A DNA stretch of 64,000 bases from Acidimicrobiia bacterium (GTDB lineage: Bacteria > Actinomycetota > Acidimicrobiia > IMCC26256 > PALSA-610): the NCBI GenBank assembly GCA_038213435.1, contig JBBQTI010000003.1, positions 77,269-141,268 on the forward strand, given 5' to 3'. This document shows, in pieces, positions 35,136-42,859 of this stretch. The notes under the pieces are model-generated. The model worked only from the letters and a program-made list of their open reading frames with translations. It had not been told where the DNA came from and searched no databases. The number at the start of each line of letters is the position of its first letter. Positions within the stretch are counted from its first letter, which is position 1. A program made the translations under genes and the position numbers.

Positions 35136-35441
35136 GTGATCGCCCTCCTATTCGCCGACGCTGATCGACGGAGCACCCGAACCGGTCGGAATCGAAATTC
35201 CGGGCGACTTCCCGCTCGGGATCGGCGAGTATCCCATGTAGGCGCAGAACGCCTTTTGACGCTCCGGATCTTTGATATGCATCCGCAAGGTAGTGATCAT
35301 GTAGGCGAACGTAAGGGCCTCTTGTTGCCAATCCGTACACTCTGCATGACGCGTCCTGGTCGCGCGTATGTCGGCTGTGCTACATGAACCTGACGTGATC
35401 CTGACAGGCGTCCGGGCGTCGGTCAGCGCGCAACGCGGGCC

Positions 35442-35645
35442 TCATTCGTCATAGTGACGAATCTCGATGAGACGTTCGTTCGGATCGAAGAAGTAGAGCG
35501 ACGCGGCCGACCCTCGCGCGCCGTTGACGCGGATGACCGTGAAAGGGTCCGACGTTCCTTCGCAGCCGAGCCCGAGGACGTCGGTGAAGAACCCCACCGA
35601 TGCGTCGACGTCGTTGACGGCAAGGATGAGGTGGTCGAGCTCCAT
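35442..35645 (-). CDS. short VOC-family protein (67 aa, single beta-alpha-beta-beta-beta module or internally deleted)
   Basis: MELDHLILAVNDVDASVGFFTDVLG...SLYFFDPNERLIEIRHYDE. About half the usual VOC length. Confidence 0.55.
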   Translation of the reverse strand: MELDHLILAVNDVDASVGFFTDVLGLGCEGTSDPFTVIRVNGARGSAASLYFFDPNERLIEIRHYDE

Positions 35646-35671
35646 CGTGCATCAACCGAGAGCGTGACGGC

Positions 35672-36118
35672 TTACGCGTCCACGACAACCCAGCCGCGCA
35701 TGCCGAACGCGAGGTGACCGCGCAGATGGCACGCGAAGAGGAACCGACCGGGCCGGTCGAAACGGTAGAACGTCTCGCCCACGTCGCTCGGTGCGACGGA
35801 GACCTCACCGGGCACGGGCGGATGCGTTGCCTCGCTGCCATGCTCGTGGCGCGCGTGCACGCTCGCGTCGCCGACGACGAACTCGTGATGGATCGGGTCG
35901 TCGTTGTGGACCAGGAACCGCACCACCGTTCCCGTTCGCACGCGCAACGTCGAGAACGAGAACTTGCTGTAGTGGATGCCGACGTCGACGGTGACGAGAC
36001 CGGGCCCCAGCTCCGCCGGCACGTCCTGGGCATGCGCGCCCGAGTTCATCGCATATCCGCCGAGGGCGGTCGCGACCGCGACGAGGAGCGCGAACGCCCC
36101 CCTGACCAACCACCTCAC
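35672..36118 (-). CDS. membrane-anchored cupredoxin (blue-copper) domain protein
   Basis: GTG 36118 overlaps the upstream stop (GTGA). N-terminal helix VVRWLVRGAFALLVAVATALGG. Type-1 Cu ligand pattern HHEF ... CHLRGHLAFGM. The upstream part of track ORF 35672..36760 is antisense/off-frame. Confidence 0.75.
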   Translation of the reverse strand: MRWLVRGAFALLVAVATALGGYAMNSGAHAQDVPAELGPGLVTVDVGIHYSKFSFSTLRVRTGTVVRFLVHNDDPIHHEFVVGDASVHARHEHGSEATHPPVPGEVSVAPSDVGETFYRFDRPGRFLFACHLRGHLAFGMRGWVVVDA

Positions 36119-37200
36119 GACAGAATTCCCCGCGTGGCGACTCCCGCGTGCCGGCGCCGGCGCCCGACGAGCGCGGCCACACCGAAGGTGAACGTGCCGG
36201 TGATCGCCGCGGCGACCAGCGGCCATGTCGCCCACCCGCGCTCGGGCGGGGCCACCGGGCGCGCCACCGACGCGAGGACGCCGGTATCGGCGAGCAGCGG
36301 TACCGCGTTCGTGTGATCGGAGACCGCGAGGTCGTAACCGAGCTGCCCCGCAGGCACGTCGAGCTTCAAGAACGTGAACCACATGTGCGCCGGTACCCAG
36401 CTCATGCCCTTGTCGGTCCGAAGATCGGCGAGCAGCTCGCTCGACGCGGCTTCGTTCCGCTGCAGGCTCAGGCCGGGACCGCCCGCGAGGAGCTTCGGCT
36501 GCTCGTCGGTCAGCAGGAACACGTCGGCGGCGACCACCGTCGCCTTGTCGAGACCGAGGCTCAGGATGTGGAGCGGAACCCACGGTTCTCTGACCGGGAT
36601 CGTCAGCATGATCGGCGTTCCGTCGCCCGAGCTCTGTCCCAGCCGCTGGGCGCGCGTCGCGTCGAACCGAGCCGCCATGAAGATCGGGCTGCGCCGGCCG
36701 TAGAAGTCGAGCATCGCCGGTGCGTCGGGCGTCAACAGGAACCCGTGGTCGACGGCCCATTTCCCGACCTCACCGCCGCCGCCCTTGAGGATCGTGATGT
36801 CGAGCGCATCGATCTTGGTCTGGTACAGCACCTGCGCGCTCTTCTGGGACGTACCCGCCGCGTTATCGAGGGCGAAGGCGGACCTCTCGGGTGGCGAGAC
36901 CTCGCGCTCGAGACGCTGCAGCGTCCAACTCCCACCGCGTTCGACCTTCGCGGGCACGCCCGGCAGCGGAACGATGGACCCCACCGACTTGCCCTGCCCG
37001 CTGAACTCGAACGAGGTGACGTAGCGCTCGACGCCGTTGTGATACGCGGCAAGCGTCGTCGTGCGCGTGAGCTTGATGCTGCCGTTCTCGCCGACCAAGC
37101 CACCGCAGGCGCCGGCCGGTGCGGCCATCGCGACCACAACGGCGGGCACCGCGACGGCCAAGACCATCCGCGACACGACGCGACCCAATCCTTGCGACAT
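36115..37200 (-). CDS. DUF2330-like secreted protein with C-terminal membrane anchor
   Basis: ATG 37200 after GGAGG. Signal peptide, then ...AAPAGACGGLVGENG (the signal + ACGG start that I associate with DUF2330). C-terminal helix WPLVAAAITGTFTFGVAALVGRRRR. The family name is from memory and needs an HMM check. Confidence 0.6.
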   Translation of the reverse strand: MSQGLGRVVSRMVLAVAVPAVVVAMAAPAGACGGLVGENGSIKLTRTTTLAAYHNGVERYVTSFEFSGQGKSVGSIVPLPGVPAKVERGGSWTLQRLEREVSPPERSAFALDNAAGTSQKSAQVLYQTKIDALDITILKGGGGEVGKWAVDHGFLLTPDAPAMLDFYGRRSPIFMAARFDATRAQRLGQSSGDGTPIMLTIPVREPWVPLHILSLGLDKATVVAADVFLLTDEQPKLLAGGPGLSLQRNEAASSELLADLRTDKGMSWVPAHMWFTFLKLDVPAGQLGYDLAVSDHTNAVPLLADTGVLASVARPVAPPERGWATWPLVAAAITGTFTFGVAALVGRRRRHAGVATRGILS

Positions 37201-37287
37201 GAGACCTCCAGGGAGCTTCGGAACCACAGAGTCCGACGAAGCGCGAGCGCATCCGGTTCCGAGAAATTCGAAGATCCTTCGAGGGCG

Positions 37288-38490
37288 CTATTCCTCTGTG
37301 ATTCCGTAATGCGCGACGTAGGGCGCGAAGGTCGCGCGCACGTGCCCCTCGTCGAGGCCGAGATCGGCGAACGCGTACGTGTGCATCCCGTGCTTGGCCT
37401 TGGGCTTGGCATCGAGATACGCGGCGATCGCTCGATCGTGACCCTTCGGCCAGCGGTATCCGAGCTGCTCGTAGACCCGGTGCAGCATCGCGACGGGATC
37501 CGACATCAACTCCAGGAAATGCGTATCGACGATCTGATCGTTCGGCACTGCGCCACCGGTGCGCTGCGCGATCACCTGCTCGAGAAAGAGTTGATACGTC
37601 ATCTCCATCGTCGGGCCCAGGGTCAGTCGTTCGTCGCGGTCGCTGCGCATGAATCGCAAGACCGCGAGCAGACTGACCAGGGAGGCGATGAACCGGCGCG
37701 GGTCGCGATGCGTGTGGATGACGCGCGCGTCGGGATACTCGCCGAAGAGCGCAGCCAGCGTCGAGAGATGTCCGGGCGACTTGAGCAACCACCGGCGCGG
37801 CTCCGAGCCGTCGCGGTCGCGGTCGCCGGAATCGTGCTGAAACGTTTGCAGCATCCGCCGATGAAGGCGGTACACGCGGCCGAGGGTGTCGAGGTTCTCG
37901 AGCTGCCATCCGGTGAAGCTCGGCGTGTCGTAGAGCATGCTCCAGTAGGGGCCGGCGAAGTCGTACATCAAGAAGTGCACGCACTCACACGGCAGGTCGC
38001 TCGCGAGCTCGTGCATCGTCATGAATTCGGGATGGATGTCGGCCCAGAGCTCCTGTTCGCATTCCGACAGCTCGCGCCGGCGCTCGGCGTCGCCCTCGTC
38101 GCGCAGCGGATGCAACGCCTCCCACGCGATCGGCGCACGCAGCTGCGGGTCGAGCGCGAGCAGCTCGAGGAGGATCGTCGTCCCGGTGCGGGGCGGACCC
38201 ACCACGAACAACGGCGCCTCGACCGGCTCGTTTCGGATCGCCGGGCGAGTCGTCCATACGCGTTGAAGACGGAGCCAGGTTTGTAGCACCTTCAAGATCT
38301 CCGCACGGCTCACGACGCGACCCAACGCGTGCAGCCGTGATTCGTGGTCGATCGCCGTCACCATCCGGCGGTAGGTCTCGGTCCAGCCCGGCCAGTCGTC
38401 CTCGCCCAGATCGTCGAGACCGGTCGACGCCCGCGCGGTAGCCAACAGCTCCTCGGAGTCGAGGCCCGCGAGCAGTCGCGGATCGCCCAC
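37288..38490 (-). CDS. sulfotransferase family protein (PAPS-dependent type)
   Basis: GTG 38490 inside track ORF 37288..38643. 5'-PSB loop VVGPPRTGTTILLELL and 3'-PB region VIHTHRDPRRFIASL. Confidence 0.8.
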   Translation of the reverse strand: MGDPRLLAGLDSEELLATARASTGLDDLGEDDWPGWTETYRRMVTAIDHESRLHALGRVVSRAEILKVLQTWLRLQRVWTTRPAIRNEPVEAPLFVVGPPRTGTTILLELLALDPQLRAPIAWEALHPLRDEGDAERRRELSECEQELWADIHPEFMTMHELASDLPCECVHFLMYDFAGPYWSMLYDTPSFTGWQLENLDTLGRVYRLHRRMLQTFQHDSGDRDRDGSEPRRWLLKSPGHLSTLAALFGEYPDARVIHTHRDPRRFIASLVSLLAVLRFMRSDRDERLTLGPTMEMTYQLFLEQVIAQRTGGAVPNDQIVDTHFLELMSDPVAMLHRVYEQLGYRWPKGHDRAIAAYLDAKPKAKHGMHTYAFADLGLDEGHVRATFAPYVAHYGITEE

Positions 38491-38551
38491 GACGTCGCCG
38501 TTCGACGACCTCCTACTCCACGTCCAACGTCCGACTGCCGAGTACCCGCCG

Positions 38552-39646
38552 TTGTTTCCCGCACTGCTGTCGTTGCCCGCACGCCTGGGTGCGCACTCCG
38601 TGGAACAGCAGCGGATCGCCCTCGCGTTCGTCGGCGCGGGCACGGTCGCGCTCGTCGGGCTGCTCGGCCGCCGGGTCGCGTCCCGCTCCGTCGGGCTGGG
38701 CGCGGCCGCCCTCGCGGCTGTATACCCGATGCTCTTCCTCAGCGAGGCGACGTTGATGGCCGACGCGCTCTACGTGGCGCTCGTGACGCTGACGCTGATC
38801 TGCGCCTACCGCGCGTACGACGATCCGAAGCCGGCGCGCTTCGTCGCCCTCGGTGCGGCGATCGGCGTCGCGACGCTGACCCGCGCCGAGGGAGCCCTTC
38901 TCGGTGTCGTCGTGGCCGTTCCCTTGGGCATTGTGTTGCGCGACCTCGTCGCACGCGCCCGGGTCGAGCGGGTCGCGATCGCGCTCGGCGTCGCCGTCGT
39001 CATCGTGGCCCCGTGGACGATCCGCAACGCGGTGCGCTTTCACGCCTTCGTAGGGGTCTCGAACAACGTCGCGACGCTCGTCGACGGTGCGAACTGCGAC
39101 GCGACCTACGGCGGCGGCCAGCTCGGTCTTTGGCGTGAGACGTTTTCCCAGACCGGCGCCGCCGCCCGCACGCTCCTGCAGGCCGACGCCTGCTTCGAGG
39201 GTTTCGACATCGCCGATCCGCACTTCGACGAGGCCAAGGCCGCGAGCATGCATACGCGCGCCGGCGCGAGCTACGCGCGTCATCACCTTGGCTCGCTCCC
39301 GAAAGTGACGGTGGTACGCGTGCTGCGCACCTGGGGCGGGTACACGCCGAGACAGCAGGTCGACTTCGAGTCTCTCGAGGGCCGTCCGCGCGCGTGGCAG
39401 ATGCGCGGCACGTTGATGTACTGGGTGCTGGCGCCGCTCGCGGTCGCCGGTGCCGTGATGCTGCGACGTCGCCGCCGCCTGCTCTGGCCGCTCGTCGCGA
39501 CTGCGGTGGCCGTGACGATCGTCGCGGCGTCGACCTACGGCCAGCAGCGGTTCCGGATCGCGGCGGAACCCGCGATCGTCGTCCTCGCCGCGGTGACCCT
39601 GGTCGAGCTCGGGCGCGTGGCGCGCACTCGATGGGCGGCACGGTGA
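38552..39646 (+). CDS. GT39/ArnT-like GT-C membrane protein, 5'-truncated paralogue (lacks TM1 and first-loop acidic motif)
   Basis: 364 aa with a TTG start. It aligns by eye to residues ~85-end of the paralogues at 41479 and 53877: AEYPPLF vs AEHPPMY/ADHPPLT; APWTIRNAVRFH...GANCDATYGG; STYGQQRFRIAAEPAIVVLAAV. Only 61 bp separate it from the divergent sulfotransferase start. Confidence 0.6.
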   Translation: MFPALLSLPARLGAHSVEQQRIALAFVGAGTVALVGLLGRRVASRSVGLGAAALAAVYPMLFLSEATLMADALYVALVTLTLICAYRAYDDPKPARFVALGAAIGVATLTRAEGALLGVVVAVPLGIVLRDLVARARVERVAIALGVAVVIVAPWTIRNAVRFHAFVGVSNNVATLVDGANCDATYGGGQLGLWRETFSQTGAAARTLLQADACFEGFDIADPHFDEAKAASMHTRAGASYARHHLGSLPKVTVVRVLRTWGGYTPRQQVDFESLEGRPRAWQMRGTLMYWVLAPLAVAGAVMLRRRRRLLWPLVATAVAVTIVAASTYGQQRFRIAAEPAIVVLAAVTLVELGRVARTRWAAR

Positions 39647-39674
39647 GACGGGGCCACTGGGTAGGCTCCGGCCC

Positions 39675-39998
39675 GTGCTTTGGTTCGAGCGGCAGGTCGT
39701 CCGCACGCTCATGAGCCCGACACTCGGCGACGCCGCGCGCTCGGCCATCGAGTCGTACGTCGCCGCGACGTTGCACTCGATGCCCGAACATCTACGCGCC
39801 GGCGTTGCCGCGGAATCGGTCGTCCTGGGGGGCAGGTCGTGGCTCGAGGCCCGCCTCGGCCGCCTCGACGAGCGCCGCGTCGAAACTCGTGTCGCGCGCT
39901 GGAAGAACAGCAAGCTCGACCCGGTGCGCCAGTACGTGCGGCTCCTCGAGTCACTCGTGCTGTTCGCCGAGAACGAGCTCGCGGCGGACGGAACCTGA
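39675..39998 (+). CDS. hypothetical protein (107 aa) preceding the GMC oxidoreductase
   Basis: GTG start and protein-like composition (MLWFERQVVRTLMSPTLGDAARSAIESYVAATLHSMPEHLRAG...). The stop lies 2 nt before the first ATG of the next gene. No recognisable motif. Confidence 0.5.
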   Translation: MLWFERQVVRTLMSPTLGDAARSAIESYVAATLHSMPEHLRAGVAAESVVLGGRSWLEARLGRLDERRVETRVARWKNSKLDPVRQYVRLLESLVLFAENELAADGT

Positions 39999-40030
39999 AA
40001 ATGAAAATGAAGATGAAGATGAAGATGACG
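39995..40030 (+). repeat. six tandem hexamers CTGAAA ATGAAA ATGAAG ATGAAG ATGAAG ATGACG at the start of the GMC gene
   Basis: Read directly. It gives five consecutive in-frame ATGs (40001, 40007, 40013, 40019, 40025) and an N-terminus MKMKMKMKMTT. It forms an AT-rich island in 70% GC DNA. Confidence 0.9.
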
Positions 40031-41461
40031 ACACCCGACGAGACCGTCGACACCGATGTCCTCGTCATCGGGTCGGGCGCCGGTGGCGCGGTCACGGCGT
40101 CCACGCTCGCACGCGCCGGGCGCATGGTCACCGTCCTCGAGGAGGGACCGTGGGTCGACCCGGACGCGCTGGAGCCGTTCTCGCTGCACGAGATGGTGGC
40201 GAAGTACCGTCACGGCGGTTCGTGCGCCGCGCTCGGGCGGCCGGCCATCGCGTACGCCGAGGGCCGCTGCGTCGGCGGAAGCACCGAGATCAACAGTGGC
40301 CTCTACCACCGGCTGCCGCCCGAGCTCGCCGAGGAATGGCAGCGCGATTACCGGATCGACGAGTTCGGATTGGACACGCTCGACCGCTATGCCGACCGCA
40401 TCGAGCAGGAGCTGGGCGTCTCGCTCCTGCCCGGCGCGCCGCCGGCGTCGTCGGTCGTGCTCGAGCGAGGCGCGACGAAGCTCGGCTGGCGTTCGGTCGA
40501 GTTCTCGCGCGTGTTCCGGTACGAGTCGAACGGCCGGGCCGTGAAGCAGACGATGGCGCGGACACTGGTCCCGACCGCGATCGAAGCCGGCGCGCGCGTC
40601 GTTGCCGATTGCCGGGTCGCGCGGCTCGCGCGCCGCGGACACCGGATCGTCGGCGCGATCTGCGATCAGACGCGGCCCGACGGCACGTCGCGCCGGCTGT
40701 TCGTGCGCGCCGACCACGTGTTCGTGTGCGCGGGCGCGACCCAGACGCCCGCGTTGTTGCAACGCAGCGGCATCCGTTCGAATATCGGCCGGGGTCTGAA
40801 GATGCACCCGACGGTCAAGGTCGCGGCCCGTTTCGATTCGCCGATCGATCACGGCGACGTACCGATGCACCGCGTCACCGAGTTCGCTCCCGGTCTGACG
40901 ATCGGCGGGTCGGCGAGTCGCCGCGGTCACGTCGCGCTCGCGCTTGCCGATTCCGACGCCGACTACGCCGACGCGCTGGCCCATTGGGAGCACGTCGCCG
41001 TGTACTACGCGGCAATCCGGAGCGAGGGCTCGGGTCGAGTGATGGCGCTGCCGGGATTGCGCTCGCCGCTCGTGACGTACCAGCTCACCGAAGGCGACAT
41101 GAGCCGGCTCGCGCGGGCGCTCGTGCATCTCGGTGAGGTGCTACTCGCCGCGGGCGCGATCGAGCTGTACCCGTCGGTGACCGGCGCGGTCGTCGCCCGC
41201 TGCCCCGACGACCTCGTGCACTGGTGGGACGCGCTGACGCGCAACCGGGCAAACCTGATGACGGTGCACCTCACGTCGACCGTGCGCATCGGCGAGGACC
41301 GGTCGCGGACGGGCGCCGATAGCTTCGGGCGGGTCTGGGGCTTCGACAACCTGCGCGTGAACGACGCGTCACTGCTGCCGGAGGCGCCGGGTGTCAATCC
41401 GCAGGGTCCGATCATGGCGGTCGTGGCCAGGAACAGCGATCACTTCTTGGCACAGTTCTAG
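40001..41461 (+). CDS. GMC-family FAD-dependent oxidoreductase
   Basis: DVLVIGSGAGGAV (GxGxxG). C-terminal GMC block HLTSTVRIGED...VWGFDNLRVNDASLLPEAPGVNPQGPIMA. The first ATG of the repeat is taken as the start; track ORF 39680..41461 is a longer off-register extension. Confidence 0.85.
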   Translation: MKMKMKMKMTTPDETVDTDVLVIGSGAGGAVTASTLARAGRMVTVLEEGPWVDPDALEPFSLHEMVAKYRHGGSCAALGRPAIAYAEGRCVGGSTEINSGLYHRLPPELAEEWQRDYRIDEFGLDTLDRYADRIEQELGVSLLPGAPPASSVVLERGATKLGWRSVEFSRVFRYESNGRAVKQTMARTLVPTAIEAGARVVADCRVARLARRGHRIVGAICDQTRPDGTSRRLFVRADHVFVCAGATQTPALLQRSGIRSNIGRGLKMHPTVKVAARFDSPIDHGDVPMHRVTEFAPGLTIGGSASRRGHVALALADSDADYADALAHWEHVAVYYAAIRSEGSGRVMALPGLRSPLVTYQLTEGDMSRLARALVHLGEVLLAAGAIELYPSVTGAVVARCPDDLVHWWDALTRNRANLMTVHLTSTVRIGEDRSRTGADSFGRVWGFDNLRVNDASLLPEAPGVNPQGPIMAVVARNSDHFLAQF

Positions 41462-41478
41462 CTGCGCGAATACCGTCA

Positions 41479-42846
41479 CTATTGGTCGCTCGCGCTCCGC
41501 CTCCCTCCGGTCGGTTCCGCTGTCGCTCCCGCCGGTCGGCTTCGCTGTCGCTCCCGCGCGGTGACGACGGCCACCGCGGCGAGCACCGCGAGCGACGGTT
41601 CCGCAGTCGTGCGGAAGCGGGTGCTCGCGTAGGTGACGAGAACGGTGACGAGCACCACGAGGATCGGCGCGATCAACGGATACAACGGAGCGCGGTCGTC
41701 GGGCGCTCGGGCCGCCGCGCGCCGCAACCCGATCACACCCCCGATCGACAGTAACGCCACGGCCCAGAAGCTGTAGAGCGCAGCCCACGAGATCCAGATG
41801 GGATCGCGACCCTCGACGTACCAATCGGCGCGGACGTACAGCGAGGGCTTGTAGAGACCGACGATGCGCAACAGCCGTACGCCCTCCACCACGGGCAGCC
41901 GGCTCAGGTGTCCGCGCACGTAGGCGAGCGCCTCGCGGCGGTAGACGACGTCTTCCTGCGACTCGTCGTCTCGAAGCGACAGACCCTCCTTCTCGGCGAT
42001 CGCGACTGCGCACTGGATGTCGAAATAGCCCTGGAAGTCGCCGTAATACACGGAGTCGCAGTTCGCCGACGCGAGGAGTGGGTCGACCTGTGCGCTGAGA
42101 AGAATCGGATGCACGAAGCGCGTCGTGTTGTAGATCGTCCACGGCGCGATCACGATCGCCGCCGCGACGACTGATACGCCGAGCCAACGCAATCGCTCCC
42201 TCCACGCGCGATCGCGCGTCGTCCACACGAGCGGGACGACGAGGAAAGGGATGAGCAATATCAGCTCGGAACGGGCGAGGGCACCCGCACCACATCCGAG
42301 ACCGACGAGCACGAGGCGACGCCAGCTCGGCCGCCGCCAGTAGCGGTACGCGAGCAACAACGTCGCCGTCGCCGCGAACATCGAGAGGGTCTCGGCCTGG
42401 AGCATGCCGTCGGGCGCCCACATATTCGGGTAGCCGGCCGCGATCACCGCGGCGACGATCCCCACTCTCGCGCCTCCAACCGCGCGCCCGAGCAGCGCCA
42501 CGAGCCACACCGTGCCCGAGCCGAGCAGGCACGACCAGAGCAGGTGAACGAGCACGCTCTTCATCCCGAACAGCGACGGGATCGCGAGGAAGACGATGTA
42601 CATGGGTGGGTGCTCGGCTGCGGCGCGGTGCAACCCGGACCCGACGAAGTACGGCGAGATGAAGCCCTTGCCCTCGGCGAGCAGGTTCGCCGCGCCGTGG
42701 TAGAAGAACGCGTCGCCGTGCGGGTCGAAGTTGCGGCGCGAGATGAGCACGTACGCGACGCGCAGCGCGAGCGCGGCGAAAACGACCAGCGCGAGCGCGG
42801 GCCGGAACCAACGTGGGTCGCGCTCCGCCGGATGGGCTCGTTCCAT
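41479..42846 (-). CDS. GT39/ArnT-like GT-C glycosyltransferase (full length, 455 aa)
   Basis: TM1, then first loop HGDAFFYHGAANLLAEGKGF, multiple TM helices, APWTIYNTTRF, ANCDSVYYG, YASTRFRTTAEPSLAVLAAV. Confidence 0.8.
   Translation of the reverse strand: MERAHPAERDPRWFRPALALVVFAALALRVAYVLISRRNFDPHGDAFFYHGAANLLAEGKGFISPYFVGSGLHRAAAEHPPMYIVFLAIPSLFGMKSVLVHLLWSCLLGSGTVWLVALLGRAVGGARVGIVAAVIAAGYPNMWAPDGMLQAETLSMFAATATLLLAYRYWRRPSWRRLVLVGLGCGAGALARSELILLIPFLVVPLVWTTRDRAWRERLRWLGVSVVAAAIVIAPWTIYNTTRFVHPILLSAQVDPLLASANCDSVYYGDFQGYFDIQCAVAIAEKEGLSLRDDESQEDVVYRREALAYVRGHLSRLPVVEGVRLLRIVGLYKPSLYVRADWYVEGRDPIWISWAALYSFWAVALLSIGGVIGLRRAAARAPDDRAPLYPLIAPILVVLVTVLVTYASTRFRTTAEPSLAVLAAVAVVTARERQRSRPAGATAEPTGGRRSASDQ
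41508..41557. repeat. 25-bp tandem duplication (23/25 identical) in the 3' end of the GT-C gene
   Basis: CGGTCGGTTCCGCTGTCGCTCCCGC / CGGTCGGCTTCGCTGTCGCTCCCGC, read directly. Because 25 is not a multiple of 3, the two copies are translated in different frames (ERQRSRP / AGATAEPT). Confidence 0.85.
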
Positions 42847-42859
42847 CGTCGCGCCCGGA

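Noticed and set aside
37218-37262. Imperfect inverted repeat TCGGAACC-N29-GGTTCCGA between the sulfotransferase stop and the DUF2330-like start.
   Set aside because: It has an 8-bp stem with a 29-nt loop and no U-tract. It is not distinguishable from chance, and its function (terminator versus operator) cannot be supported.
38513-41128. 871-aa minus ORF. Similar giants: 51341..53983 (880 aa), 6807..8777 (656 aa), 59747..61618 (623 aa), 36148..38286 (712 aa), 13104..15164 (686 aa).
   Set aside because: All are low-complexity (R/A/G/D/P-rich). They lie antisense to genes with clear catalytic motifs and have no recognisable motifs of their own.
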